64,000 bases of DNA from an uncultured Nitrospinota bacterium (GTDB lineage Bacteria > Tectomicrobia > Entotheonellia > J063 > CAVPRW01), in contig CAVPRW010000024.1 of the NCBI GenBank assembly GCA_963707985.1, positions 1 through 64,000 of the forward strand, in the 5' to 3' direction. The notes below the pieces were generated by a model, which did no database searches, was not told the DNA's origin, and saw only the letters and a list, made by a program, of their open reading frames with translations. Below, piece after piece: positions 30,757 through 41,106 of this stretch. The translations under genes were made by a program, and so were the position numbers. The first letter of the stretch is position 1; each line of letters opens with the position of its first letter.

Positions 30757-31335
30757 TTAGGCAATGGCCACGGCAGTGGCATCCACTTCCACTGCGACGC
30801 TGCGGCGTAGAAGTTCAATCGAAAGTACCAATAACCCTTTGTTGAGCTTACTTTGGACCAGGATGCCCTCGACCCCGTTGAGGGGTCCATGTGTAATCCG
30901 CACCCGCTGGCCCTCGCGCAAGTATGGGTGAGGAGCCACGGGTACCTCGGCCTGTAGCACCCGTTGAATGGCGTTGATTTCACCCTCGGGCACCGGGCTG
31001 AGCCGATCCCAGCGCTCTCCCAAGATGCGGACTAAGCCGCGTGCTTTTGACACGTCGATATAGCCGAGCTTATCCATGACGTGGTGTAGAAAGAGGTAGC
31101 TGGGAAACATCGGCATTGAAATGCGATGTCGGACACCGCCACGGCGGGACCAGACGTCGAGTTTGGGAAGAAAGACGGAAAATCCTCTGGCAGCCAGTTG
31201 CTCGTGAACTAACTGCTCGCAATGACTGCGCGTGTAGAGGGCATACCACTGGGGACGCATCTGGTGCGCGAGTGTCACGTCTAATTCGCCACCCCCAGCG
31301 GCGCGGTCGAAGTCAGTCTCCGCGTTCTGTTGCAA
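30757..31335 (-). CDS. NusG-paralog transcription antiterminator (UpxY/RfaH/LoaP-like)
   Basis: WYALYTRSHCE, PMFPSYLF (NGN domain), GQRVRITHGPLNGVEG (KOW); first gene of the locus; start may be 31260. Confidence 0.92.
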   Translation of the reverse strand: MQQNAETDFDRAAGGGELDVTLAHQMRPQWYALYTRSHCEQLVHEQLAARGFSVFLPKLDVWSRRGGVRHRISMPMFPSYLFLHHVMDKLGYIDVSKARGLVRILGERWDRLSPVPEGEINAIQRVLQAEVPVAPHPYLREGQRVRITHGPLNGVEGILVQSKLNKGLLVLSIELLRRSVAVEVDATAVAIA

Positions 31336-31426
31336 GGCTCCGCCCCCTTTGGTAAGGTCTTTGATGCATGCCCATGCCCATATCCGTATCGATCAAGCTC
31401 ACGGCCATCCCAGCGACAGTATAGAT

Positions 31427-31471
31427 CCCATTGGGACGCGCGCTTTACCTGTGTCCACGCGTCCCAATGGG
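31427..31471 (-). promoter_or_regulatory. Leader hairpin of the polysaccharide operon
   Basis: Perfect 14-bp arms cccattgggacgcg / cgcgtcccaatggg with a 17-nt loop, just downstream of the predicted start site. Confidence 0.7.
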
Positions 31472-31484
31472 GGGACGAAAATGC

Positions 31485-31514
31485 ACTATAGGGTTGCCAC
31501 CGAGGGGGTGTCAA
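31485..31514 (-). promoter_or_regulatory. Sigma70 promoter of the polysaccharide operon
   Basis: TTGACA-N18-TATAGT. Confidence 0.75.
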
Positions 31515-31892
31515 GCACTTTTCTCATAATTGAGACACCTCCACCTGTATGTTCTTGTTTGACAAAAGAATATTATTATTGAGTAAAAACTGCATATATT
31601 AATGGTGTCGTGGACGGGGCGCCCAAGCCTCCCCAGAGGGATACCCACCTCTGATGCCGCCGTGAAAGGGTGGATCGGACGGTGAGGCGCATAATTCCTT
31701 GTAGCCTCAATATTTACCCAGTCACACTTGAACGGTTAGCTGCGATTGCTCTGAAGACATGCGTGCTGACTGATCAGTTGGCCGAGATAAATGTGCTGGT
31801 GGCGGTCGCCCATCAAGAGTTCCTGCTGCAGGAGGTGGCCACGGCGACCGCCCCCCAGTCTTCCCCTCGCAGCGGCTCGGCCCAGATGGTCC

Positions 31893-32882
31893 TCACCGCT
31901 GCAACGCTGCGACGGTCATGATGGCGCGCTCTACTAGGGCACGTCCAATTTCTACTTTGAAGGCGTTGTGCGCTAGGGGTTGAGCGTGTGCCAGCGCGGC
32001 GGTCGCGGCGTGAGCCGCCAGTTCTGGCGACGGGTGCTGAGCTTCGAGCACCGCCTCGGCCGCGGAGCTGCGCCAGGGGACCGGAGCGACGCCTCCCAGC
32101 ACGAGACGGGCCTGGCGTATGACGCCTGTCTCGAGGGCATAGCCGACGGCTACACTGACCACCGGGAAATCCCCGGCGGTGCGCTCGCGCGCCTTCATGT
32201 ACGTCCCCACCCATCCCTGCCGCCCGGCCGGTAGGATCACCGCCGTCAGCACTTCATCGGCCGCCAACACGTTCTCGCGCCGGACGTCCTGTTCTGGTCC
32301 GGCGAAGAATTGCTCAAGAGGCAACGTACGCACCCCAGCCATACCAGCGATGGACACTTGTGCACCAAGCGCCATCAGGGGTGGTGCAAGGTCCGAGGCG
32401 TGCACACTGTAGCAGCCCTGACCACCCAGAATGGACAGGTAGGCTTGATACGGACTGTCGACTGCGGGACAATCCGTCCCCCCTTTTTTCAGGCATGCTG
32501 TCAGTGCATGGCGGTAATAGAGGCAGCGCGGGCGCTGGCAGAGATTGCCACCTAAGGTTCCCTGGGCGCGAATCTCGGGCGTGGCCACGCTGCGCGCTGC
32601 TTCCGCGAGAAGCCGATAAGGGCCGTCCAGGTGCGGGTCGTATTCGAGTTGCGCCACGGTGACCAGCGCGCCCAATCGGATCCCCCCGCCCCACTCTTCT
32701 ATGTGGCGTAGCTCATCAACGCCTGCCAGACTTATCAGACGTTCGTATTGGACCACATCATCTTTGAGCTCCCCGAGTAAGTCGCTGCCACCTGCGATCA
32801 GGCGGGACTGGTCTGGCCCAGCGGTGAGCAGGCGGATGACGTCGTCCAGGCTGGTCGGCTCAATAAACGCAAATGGTCTCAC
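31893..32882 (-). CDS. Xanthine dehydrogenase family FAD subunit (PaoB/YagS-like)
   Basis: IAGGSDL, TLGGNLCQRPRC..R...C.KKGG..C Cys-rich insertion, LGGVAPVPWR; GTG start overlaps the upstream stop. Confidence 0.92.
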   Translation of the reverse strand: MRPFAFIEPTSLDDVIRLLTAGPDQSRLIAGGSDLLGELKDDVVQYERLISLAGVDELRHIEEWGGGIRLGALVTVAQLEYDPHLDGPYRLLAEAARSVATPEIRAQGTLGGNLCQRPRCLYYRHALTACLKKGGTDCPAVDSPYQAYLSILGGQGCYSVHASDLAPPLMALGAQVSIAGMAGVRTLPLEQFFAGPEQDVRRENVLAADEVLTAVILPAGRQGWVGTYMKARERTAGDFPVVSVAVGYALETGVIRQARLVLGGVAPVPWRSSAAEAVLEAQHPSPELAAHAATAALAHAQPLAHNAFKVEIGRALVERAIMTVAALQR

Positions 32883-35089
32883 CGCACGCCCTTTCCTTGC
32901 GCAGAGATCGCCTGCAGGACTCGCTGTGGGGTAAACGGCACATCGCGCAGCCATACCCCTGTGGCATTGGCAACGGCGTTGGCCACCGCGGCCAACACCG
33001 GCACTACCGGTGGTTCGCCGAGAGCTTTAGCGCCATAGGGGCCGACGGGGTCGGGACCGGCGGGGAACAGCACCTCGATCGGCGGAAAATCGACGATGCT
33101 GGTACTTTTGTGCTCGAGAAAATTGGCGTTCAACGTCACCCCAAGGTGCTTGTCCAGATACAACTCCTCTCGCAAGGCGATGCCGAGAAACTGTAACACA
33201 CCACCCGAAACCTGATTTTCGGCCAGGCGCGGATGCACGATGCGTCCAGAGTCGTGTGCGGCCACGTAGCGTAGCACCCGGATGCGGCCATTGCGGATAT
33301 CGACCTCAACTTCAGCGAAATGAGCGGCAAAGGCGTTGGTGAGATAGGCATTGCTACCTGAAGTGACGCGCGCAATGCCGACAACGTCGTCACGCCTGAT
33401 GGGGGACACCCCTGGGTCGAACGCCTGGGGGATGCCATCGAAAAGCGCCAGCAGTTGGCGTTTGGCCTCCTCGGCGGCGAGCTTGACCGCCGCGCCAGTG
33501 GTGATGGTGGTGCTCGAACCGGCGGTTACATGGGCTGGTGGCGTGAGGTCAGTGTCGGCCATCACCACGTCGATACGATCGACAGGCACTCCCAGGGCTT
33601 CGGCGGCGATTTGCGCCAGGATAGTCGTTGAGCCCTGCCCGACGTCGACCCCCCCAACGGCGAGCTGGACTCGACCGTCGGGTGTAATGCGCACCTCTGC
33701 TTCGCCTTCGCGGCCTGTGCCACCCTTATAAATACCCATGGCCAGGCCCATTCCACGCCGCACCATGCCGCTAGCGCTGCCGTTGGGCTGTCGCCGCTGG
33801 CGCCAGCCGATGCGCTCCGCCCCAGCCAACAGGCACTCCCGCAAGTCGTTGCTGGAGAACGGCACCCCGCCTTCGACGGGCTCATCCGGCAATATTTGAT
33901 CTTGGGGGGTACGGCGTTGGCCCGGCTGTCCGGCGCTGGTGACATGGTGCTGCAGGCGATAGTCGAGCGGATCGACACCCAGCGCCGAGGCGATCTGGTC
34001 TATTAAGACCTCCAGTGCAAAGTGTCCCAGAGGTGCCCCCAGACCTCGGAACGAACCCCCGGCCGGGCGATTAGTATAGACAGTCGTGCCCTCGAAACGA
34101 GCGTTTGGACAGGTGTAGAGGTACAGTGCGCCCTGGCCGACACGGCGGGTGACATTCATCCCCGATGCCACAAACGCCCCGGCGTTCATCGTAGCATGCA
34201 GGTCGATCGCCAGGGGCGTGCCGTCGTCTTGAATGCCGATTTTCAGACGCATATGGGCTTCTTGTCGGTTGCGGCCCGCAACGAATTCCTCCGTCCGACT
34301 ATACTCGACGCGTACCGGCCGACCCGCCTTGCGTGCCAGTAACGCCACCAGCACCGCTAGGCGCCCTTCATCCTTATTGCCAAAGCCACCGCCCATGTTG
34401 GGGCAGATGACGCGCACCTGCTCCAGCGGCAGGTCCAGCACACTGGCAAGGGTCCGCCGGTCGGAGGCATGCACGGCCCGACTGGTCTTCCACACCGTCA
34501 GCCGATCGCCATCCCACTCGGCCAGTGCGGCACGGGTTTCCATGCCCACAGGCGCGTGCATCTGGGTATGAAAGGTGTCCTCGAACACCCGTGCCGCCGC
34601 TGCAAATCCCTGCGCCACGCTGCCCCGCTCGACTACCAGAGTTTTGTCACCCACCAGATTGCCTTGTGAATGCACCAACGGCGCTCCCGGTTGCAGCGCC
34701 TCCTCAGCGTCGAATACCGCGGCGAGGACCTCATATTCGACGCGGATCAGGCGCAATGCATCTTCAGCGACGGCCTCACTGTCTGCCGCCACCAGGGCCA
34801 CCTCATCACCCACAAAACGCAGGACCGGTTCGAGGGGCAACAAATCCGCATCAAGGCGCCGCTGTGGTACATCCTGATAGGTTAGGACCGCGTGCACACC
34901 AGGAATGCGCTCTGCCTCAGAAGTATCAATGTGGACAATTCGGGCATGTGGATGTGGGCTGCGCAGCACTCGACCATATAACATACCTGGCCGTTTAAGG
35001 TCGGCGGTATAGCGCGCTTCCCCCCGCACTTTCTCTGCCAATCCCAGGCGTGGCACGGCCACTCCCACCACGGCTAGATCATGCTCCAT
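32879..35089 (-). CDS. Xanthine dehydrogenase family molybdopterin subunit
   Basis: LRSPHPHARI, MGGGFGNK, FRGLG, DVGQG, TAGS, GAKALGEP. Confidence 0.93.
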   Translation of the reverse strand: MEHDLAVVGVAVPRLGLAEKVRGEARYTADLKRPGMLYGRVLRSPHPHARIVHIDTSEAERIPGVHAVLTYQDVPQRRLDADLLPLEPVLRFVGDEVALVAADSEAVAEDALRLIRVEYEVLAAVFDAEEALQPGAPLVHSQGNLVGDKTLVVERGSVAQGFAAAARVFEDTFHTQMHAPVGMETRAALAEWDGDRLTVWKTSRAVHASDRRTLASVLDLPLEQVRVICPNMGGGFGNKDEGRLAVLVALLARKAGRPVRVEYSRTEEFVAGRNRQEAHMRLKIGIQDDGTPLAIDLHATMNAGAFVASGMNVTRRVGQGALYLYTCPNARFEGTTVYTNRPAGGSFRGLGAPLGHFALEVLIDQIASALGVDPLDYRLQHHVTSAGQPGQRRTPQDQILPDEPVEGGVPFSSNDLRECLLAGAERIGWRQRRQPNGSASGMVRRGMGLAMGIYKGGTGREGEAEVRITPDGRVQLAVGGVDVGQGSTTILAQIAAEALGVPVDRIDVVMADTDLTPPAHVTAGSSTTITTGAAVKLAAEEAKRQLLALFDGIPQAFDPGVSPIRRDDVVGIARVTSGSNAYLTNAFAAHFAEVEVDIRNGRIRVLRYVAAHDSGRIVHPRLAENQVSGGVLQFLGIALREELYLDKHLGVTLNANFLEHKSTSIVDFPPIEVLFPAGPDPVGPYGAKALGEPPVVPVLAAVANAVANATGVWLRDVPFTPQRVLQAISAQGKGVR

Positions 35090-35110
35090 TGGTCTCTCCT
35101 CCTCATGCCG

Positions 35111-35635
35111 TCACGAACGCCGCCGGCCGGCATCGCATACCGCGGCCACGATATTGTCGTAGGCATTGCAGCGGCAGATGTGGCCCACCAACTCCCAGCG
35201 CAGCTGTTGTGCATCGGCGTCCGGAAACCGCTGTAACGCCGCATAGGCCGCGACGGCGAATCCCGGGGTACAGAAGCCACATTGTCCGGCATCGTTGATG
35301 ACGAACGCCTCGAGTAACGGGCGAAAATCCTCTCGTTCGGCTAACCCTTCGATGGTCACAATCTTCCGCCCCCGCGCTTGGATGGCCAGGAGATGGCAGG
35401 CGTACATCGGTTGGCCATCCACAAGCACTGTACAGGCGCCGCACTCCCCACGGTCGCAGGCTCGCTTTGCGCCAGTGAGATCGAGGTGGTCTCGTAACAC
35501 ATCCAATAGGGTCGTGCGGGGCTCAAGATCGATGGGGTGCACTTGCCCATTGACCTCGAAGTGCAACTGGGTGCGCTGCGGTCCAGCGTTCATTGCTTCT
35601 GTGGATTGTGTGTGGTCCATCGCTCTTCCAATCAT
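35111..35635 (-). CDS. Xanthine dehydrogenase family 2Fe-2S subunit
   Basis: CDRGECGACTV, QCGFCTPG, CRC. Confidence 0.93.
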   Translation of the reverse strand: MIGRAMDHTQSTEAMNAGPQRTQLHFEVNGQVHPIDLEPRTTLLDVLRDHLDLTGAKRACDRGECGACTVLVDGQPMYACHLLAIQARGRKIVTIEGLAEREDFRPLLEAFVINDAGQCGFCTPGFAVAAYAALQRFPDADAQQLRWELVGHICRCNAYDNIVAAVCDAGRRRS

Positions 35636-35869
35636 TCAAAGAGTTACTGCCCTCACCGTGACTCTCTCCCGGAGGGCGGAAGATTAAGCCCGGAGACGAG
35701 GTGATACGGCCGTGCCGACACCCGCGATCCGCACTCGACTATAAGGCGAGCCCGCGTCCCTTGCTGCGTACAGAGGAGATCGGCCTTTTCGGTTACCTGC
35801 GATATCCTGGGCCGCTATATGTAGCCACAGGATACTACACAACTCGATGATTGCTGGCAAATATTATGG

Positions 35870-36076
35870 GCTGTATTGGCGGTGGCCACCTCAGGGCCAA
35901 AGGCCGTCGAATTGGCGGGCGAAGTCGCCGACGGTGGACTGCTCATGGTGGGGTATATACCGGGAATCGTCGCTGTAGCTCCGGAATGCTTGCAGCGCGG
36001 CGCGTGGAGGCCATCGGCGCCACAGCGTTTGTGCCCGGTGAGATCGTCGTCCAGCTCTGCGATGCGCTGGGCCTGA
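35870..36076 (+). pseudogene. LLM-class (luciferase-like) oxidoreductase internal remnant
   Basis: ATSGPKAVELAGEVADGGLLMVG. Confidence 0.6.
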
Positions 36077-36147
36077 TCGGTACAGCCCGAGCATTGCGCC
36101 CAGAGGATTATGGCGATGGCCGACGGCGGATGTCCATCACCCCCGCT

Positions 36148-37008
36148 TCAGACCTTCAGGTGTTCCTTGAAGAAGGCGACCGTGCGCGCCCACGCCTGTT
36201 CGGCCGCTGACTTATTGTAGCGTGCCTCGGACGTATCGTTATTGAAGGCATGTTGGGCGCCTTCGTAAATATATATGGTGTATGATTTGTTGGCTTTCTT
36301 GAGCGCCTCTTCGAACGCCGGGATGCCTTCGTTGATACGCGTGTCCTGCCCAGCGTACTGTAGCAACAACGGCGCCTTGATCTTTTCTACGTCGGTGCCC
36401 TTGGGTTGTTGGCCATAATAGACCACGCCGGCATCGAGGTCGGGTGCGTTGACGGCGAGAGCGCCCACCATCCCGCCGCCCCAGCAAAAGCCCACGGCTC
36501 CGACCCTGCCGTTGCTATTGGCATGCTTTTCAAGAAAGGTGACGGCAGAAACCAGAGTCTGCACTGTTTGCTGGCCATCCAGCTTGCCAATCATGTCGCG
36601 TGCGGTGTCTTCGTTGTCAGGGGTCCCACCCGCCGACGACAAAAGGTCTGGCGCCAACACGAGAAAGCCCTCGAGGGCGATACGTCGCGTGACATCTTCG
36701 ATATGTGGGTTGAGACCACGGTTTTCGTGGATGACGATCACGGCCGGTAGTTTCCCGGCGCCTTTGGGACGCGCCATATAGGCCTTGACATCGCCTGTAG
36801 CTCCGGCATAGGTGGTATGGCCGGTCTCGAGCCGCGGATCTTCGGGCGATACCTGTCCTGCCCGCGCCTGGTTGGCCTCAAGCAGCGGCACGAGGGCGAT
36901 GGCAGCTGCGATACTACCGGTGAGTTGGGCCAACCGTGCCAGAAACACGCGACGATCGAGCGGTGCATGGGTGTATTCGTCGTACAGATCGATGATTTTT
37001 TGATCCAT
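36148..37008 (-). CDS. Dienelactone hydrolase family protein (YghX-like)
   Basis: LYDEYTH, RRVFL Tat-like motif, HENRGLNPHI, GFCWGG, HAFNND. Confidence 0.92.
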   Translation of the reverse strand: MDQKIIDLYDEYTHAPLDRRVFLARLAQLTGSIAAAIALVPLLEANQARAGQVSPEDPRLETGHTTYAGATGDVKAYMARPKGAGKLPAVIVIHENRGLNPHIEDVTRRIALEGFLVLAPDLLSSAGGTPDNEDTARDMIGKLDGQQTVQTLVSAVTFLEKHANSNGRVGAVGFCWGGGMVGALAVNAPDLDAGVVYYGQQPKGTDVEKIKAPLLLQYAGQDTRINEGIPAFEEALKKANKSYTIYIYEGAQHAFNNDTSEARYNKSAAEQAWARTVAFFKEHLKV

Positions 37009-37254
37009 GGGGTGTCTCTCCAGTGAGTCCACCTTTCGTCCCCTTTGATGTGGGCGTGGCCCTATCTACTCCGAAACCGATGGTAACCCACCCCCTTCTT
37101 CTCGTCAAGCTCCATCACGGTTAGGGTAGGCGGAAAATATAAAGGAAATGGCGGGTGATCGCGGGCCGTGGACCCGTGTCAGCTACTGACCCTGATTGGT
37201 TGGGGTCGCCGTCACGGGAGAAAAGTACGGGGGATGAACTGGCAGCGAACGATA

Positions 37255-37854
37255 CTACAACAGCTTGACCCGCTGGCCAATGGTGGGTTCGATGCCGGCT
37301 AGTATACGCTCGATATTCTCACGATGGCGATACCAGATCAGCGTCGCCGCCAATAGAGCAGAGAGCGTGTAGGGGGCAGGGGAACCCCACAGCAGTGCCG
37401 CTATGGGTAAGAATGCTGCAGCAACCAGAGAGCCGACCGAGACCTGGCGCCGGAAGGCCAGACACGCGGCCCACACGACGCAAGCGAGGAGCAGCGGGCC
37501 AAGCAGCAAGGGAATAAAGACGCCAAGGGTGGTGGCCACGCCTTTGCCGCCGTGGAAACCGGCGAACAGTGGATACAAGTGGCCCACCACTGCAGCCAAT
37601 GCAACCAGGCCGATAGCCCAGGGGGAGGTCAACCACACCCGTGCCAAGAGGACAGGGAGTAACCCCTTTGCCAGATCTCCCACCAGCGTCAGCACCGCGG
37701 CCCCCTTGCCGACGGCGCGGAGGACGTTTGTCATGCCGATATTCCCACTGCCGTGCTGACGTATATCAATGCCCATTTGCCAGCGGGCGATCAGCAATCC
37801 CGTCGGGATCGATCCCAAACCGTAGCCGACGGCGACGAGCAGGACGGTTACCAT
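37255..37854 (-). CDS. plsY: Glycerol-3-phosphate acyltransferase PlsY
   Basis: GSIP, DIRQHGSGNIGMTNVLR, GGKGVAT, RHRENIERI. Confidence 0.95.
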   Translation of the reverse strand: MVTVLLVAVGYGLGSIPTGLLIARWQMGIDIRQHGSGNIGMTNVLRAVGKGAAVLTLVGDLAKGLLPVLLARVWLTSPWAIGLVALAAVVGHLYPLFAGFHGGKGVATTLGVFIPLLLGPLLLACVVWAACLAFRRQVSVGSLVAAAFLPIAALLWGSPAPYTLSALLAATLIWYRHRENIERILAGIEPTIGQRVKLL

Positions 37855-38435
37855 CGATACTGCAACCCTTGGCGGCACTTCAGGTAATACTCAACGCCTG
37901 AAACCAGGCTCAGGACGAGACTGAGCGTTAACAGCCCCATACCCACTGTGGGGAAGCTCAGCGGCCATATCTGGTAGTCGAGGATTAGCAGCAAGATTGC
38001 CACAATCTGCAGGACGGTCTTCATTTTCGCCATGGGGCTGGCATGGATGATGACCTGTTCTGCCGCGGCGATTTCACGCAAGCCTGACACTGCAAACTCC
38101 CGGATCAGCATGACTGCTGCCATCCAGGCCGGCACCCGACCCAACCCGACGAGTGGAATCAATCCCGCCGCCAGCAGGATTTTATCGGCGATCGGATCGA
38201 GCAGCTTCCCCAGTGTCGTCACCTGCTTGGTGGAGCGTGCCAGATGGCCATCCAGCCAGTCGGTCAGCGCCGCACCGGCGAAGATCAGTGCGGCCATCAG
38301 CGCATTGACCCGTGACGGGGCAATCAAGAACGCCAGCAGAAACGGCACCAACAGCATACGTAGCAGCGTGATCTTGGTTGGCAGGTTGATTTTATAGGCT
38401 TCGGGAGGTGCATTTTCTACCTTTTCACGTCCCAT
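37848..38435 (-). CDS. pgsA: CDP-diacylglycerol--glycerol-3-phosphate phosphatidyltransferase
   Basis: TDWLDGHLAR...LGKLLDPIADK, REFAVSGLR. Confidence 0.93.
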   Translation of the reverse strand: MGREKVENAPPEAYKINLPTKITLLRMLLVPFLLAFLIAPSRVNALMAALIFAGAALTDWLDGHLARSTKQVTTLGKLLDPIADKILLAAGLIPLVGLGRVPAWMAAVMLIREFAVSGLREIAAAEQVIIHASPMAKMKTVLQIVAILLLILDYQIWPLSFPTVGMGLLTLSLVLSLVSGVEYYLKCRQGLQYRW

Positions 38436-39118
38436 TGGCTCAATTGTTCCTGTGACAGAGGTACGTTGCTGAACAGAACGAGCCCCGAGGGCGTGATGTA
38501 GCGGTGGATCTGCGTGCCTCGGGTCTGTTCATACAACATGAGCACCTTGTTGACGTACGACTCAAGCATAGGGGGAACCCCGCCATGCTTGCGCACCAGG
38601 CCTTCCCCACCATTATAGGCGGCGATAGCCAGGGGGAGTTGATTGTCGAAGAGCTGGAGAAGATCGCTCAGGTAACGAATCCCTCCCTCGATGTTCTGCT
38701 CGGGGTTGAGCGGATTGTACACCCGGTAGTACTGGGCAATGAGCGGCATCAGTTGCATGAGACCTCGGGCACCTTTGGGGGAAATAGCTGTAGGATCGAA
38801 ATCGGACTCGACTGCCATAAGGGCACTCACCAGGTTGGGGCTGAGCCCGTGACGGCGGGCCAGTTGTTCCACCTCGGTGCGGTATGGATGAGCCTGGACA
38901 CGTAATTGCCGACTCGATGGCTTTAGTTCGGGTGCGCCTGGAGGTGCGCCACGAGGATCGGGGGTGGGGGGAATGTTGGTGAACCAGATCACCCCCTCAG
39001 CGTCGATGTATCGGACGATCTTCGCCCACGCCTCAGGGGAGGGGAACATCCCGATTCCATGCATAATAATTCCCACCAGGCCCAGACGGACATATCTCCA
39101 GCCAGGACATACACTCAA
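38417..39118 (-). CDS. Lytic transglycosylase (SLT domain)
   Basis: [24 protein letters not shown]. Confidence 0.92.
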   Translation of the reverse strand: MSVCPGWRYVRLGLVGIIMHGIGMFPSPEAWAKIVRYIDAEGVIWFTNIPPTPDPRGAPPGAPELKPSSRQLRVQAHPYRTEVEQLARRHGLSPNLVSALMAVESDFDPTAISPKGARGLMQLMPLIAQYYRVYNPLNPEQNIEGGIRYLSDLLQLFDNQLPLAIAAYNGGEGLVRKHGGVPPMLESYVNKVLMLYEQTRGTQIHRYITPSGLVLFSNVPLSQEQLSQWDVKR

Positions 39119-39969
39119 TTCAAGTAATCCTTGAGGGCTTTAGTTTTTGCCTTGGCCCGCAGGAGGTCTTTGGCACGTTTCTCGATCTGCCGTACACGCT
39201 CGCGACTCAGCCCCAGCATCTTGCCGATCTCTTCCAGGGTTTTGGGTTCGTCATCGAAGCCAAAGCGCAAACGGAGGATTTGTTGCTCACGCGCGGGAAT
39301 CTGGCTCAGAAGTTCGTTAATCTCCTCAGTGAGGGTCGACTTGATGTACGTTTCTTCAACGGAGGGCAGTGTTTTCGATTGCAAAAGATCGAGATGACTG
39401 ACCTCTCCATCGTTGCTGATTGGAGCATCGAGAGAGAGGTAGCTGCGGTAAACCCGGAGGATGGTCTCGACCTCTTCGGGAGGCAAGTCCAGCTCTTTGC
39501 CGATCTCGGTGCTGGAGGGTTCGGCTCCGGTGCGATGGATGTATTGGCGATAGCTCTCAGCGATCTTATGCAGGGTACCCATTTGCTTGAGCGGGAGGCG
39601 TACCGTCCCACCTTGTTCTGCCAGGGCATGCATAATCGCTTGCCGGATCCACCATACCGCATAGGTGATAAACTTGACGCCCCGAGTAGGATCGAAACGT
39701 TTAGCGGCCTGGATTAAACCGATGTTGCCCTCGTTGATGAGGTCGGCGAGGGAGAGGCCGCAGCCGATATACTTGCGCGCTACGCTGACGACGTAGCGTA
39801 GATTACTGCGGATGAGCTTATCGAGCCCTTCTTGGTCCCCAGCCTGCGCGCGTGTAGCCAACTCCACCTCTTCTTCGCGCGTGAGCAAAGGGATCTTTTC
39901 GATTTTCTTGAGATAGGCTTGCAGGGAATCCCCGGTCACCGAGTAGCGGTCGCTGCCATTCTTTGCCAC
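39115..39969 (-). CDS. Sigma-70 family factor (RpoD/RpoS-like, no region 1.1)
   Basis: [45 protein letters not shown]. Confidence 0.93.
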   Translation of the reverse strand: MAKNGSDRYSVTGDSLQAYLKKIEKIPLLTREEEVELATRAQAGDQEGLDKLIRSNLRYVVSVARKYIGCGLSLADLINEGNIGLIQAAKRFDPTRGVKFITYAVWWIRQAIMHALAEQGGTVRLPLKQMGTLHKIAESYRQYIHRTGAEPSSTEIGKELDLPPEEVETILRVYRSYLSLDAPISNDGEVSHLDLLQSKTLPSVEETYIKSTLTEEINELLSQIPAREQQILRLRFGFDDEPKTLEEIGKMLGLSRERVRQIEKRAKDLLRAKAKTKALKDYLN

Positions 39970-40006
39970 AGGTTGATTCCTTCCCGGTTATGACACGCAG
40001 CCTAGC

Positions 40007-40822
40007 TCATCGCAACGATGCTAGCCGCGCTTTGGCTTGATTGGCATAGCGGCTTTGCGGGTAGCGCTGGACTAACTCGTCGAAGACACTGGTGGCTCCT
40101 TGGGGATTGTCGCTCCGCACGTAAGCGCTGCCTAAGAGAAAGAGCGCTTCATCTGCGAAGCTCACCTCAGGGTAAGTTTTGAGCAAACCCTCGAAACGTC
40201 CGATGGCCGCTGGATACGCCCCCTGTCCGTAGTAGAAGCGACCGACATAGAGTTCGTACGCAGCTAGCCGCTCACGGCTCGCCGCCAGCTTCTCCGTCGC
40301 TTCATCGACATACGCGCTGCGCGGGTAAGACTGGATCAAGCGCTGGAATTCCTGCACTGCTTCTTGCGTCGTGCTTTGATCGCGATCGATGGTCTTCACG
40401 CGCAGGAAGGAACACATGGCGCTGTTGAATTGTGCTTTCGGAGCTTCGGGACTTGTCGGAAACAGCTCCAGGAAACGACGGTATTGGAACTTGGCCTCTT
40501 CATAGCGTTTGTCCCCGTATAAGGCGTCGGCCAAGGCCAGCAAAGCGTCTGGACGCCGTTTATCCTGTGGGTGTTGCTCAAGAAACTTACTAAAGGCCTG
40601 CTCAGCCTTGGCGTACTTACGGCGAGCCATCTCCCGTTGTCCGAGCTCATACCATTCGTCCGAGCTGCGACGTGGGCCTGCGGAACTTGCGCACCCGCCC
40701 ACGAGGACCACAATCGCCAGGAAGCAGACAAAGTTCCACACCTCTGCGCCTATGAGGAGCGGGCGAACTTTGCCGGACTGCATGGACTGACATGTGTGTA
40801 TGGTCCATCCGCAACGTCGCAT
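40007..40822 (-). CDS. bamD: Outer membrane protein assembly lipoprotein BamD
   Basis: Lipobox VGGC, TPR repeats, DRDQ, YELYVGRFY, AAIGRF. Confidence 0.88.
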   Translation of the reverse strand: MRRCGWTIHTCQSMQSGKVRPLLIGAEVWNFVCFLAIVVLVGGCASSAGPRRSSDEWYELGQREMARRKYAKAEQAFSKFLEQHPQDKRRPDALLALADALYGDKRYEEAKFQYRRFLELFPTSPEAPKAQFNSAMCSFLRVKTIDRDQSTTQEAVQEFQRLIQSYPRSAYVDEATEKLAASRERLAAYELYVGRFYYGQGAYPAAIGRFEGLLKTYPEVSFADEALFLLGSAYVRSDNPQGATSVFDELVQRYPQSRYANQAKARLASLR

Positions 40823-40869
40823 TAGGATTGATATAGCCTCCTTTGAATACAGGATTTGTACGCCTCGGT

Positions 40870-40898
40870 ATCATAGAAAGGTCAAGGGGGGTTGTCAA
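40870..40898 (-). promoter_or_regulatory. Sigma70 promoter for the bamD operon
   Basis: TTGACA-N17-TATGAT. Confidence 0.7.
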
Positions 40899-41016
40899 GG
40901 GAAAAGGCGGGCGATGGAGGCACGTGCCATGGGCCGGATCGGAGGTTGAATAAGTGCACGTCAATCGCCCAGACGTCCGTCTCATGAGTGCCTTCAATGC
41001 CGGTGGATACTCCTAC

Positions 41017-41086
41017 TTGTATTGTGGTATTGATATCTGTATAATAGTGTCCAATTGAAATACTAGAATTTGGGCCACCGAAAATT
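41017..41086 (+). promoter_or_regulatory. Promoter and putative operator of the DtxR-family gene
   Basis: TTGTAT-N17-TATAAT (41017-41045); imperfect palindrome aatttgggccaccgaaaatt (41067-41086). Confidence 0.5.
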
Positions 41087-41106
41087 TTTTTTATGGGAGA
41101 GAGGCC

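Noticed and set aside
31740..31840. VLVAVAHQEF resembling the C-terminus of UDP-sugar dehydrogenases
   Set aside because: Only about 10 residues of similarity.
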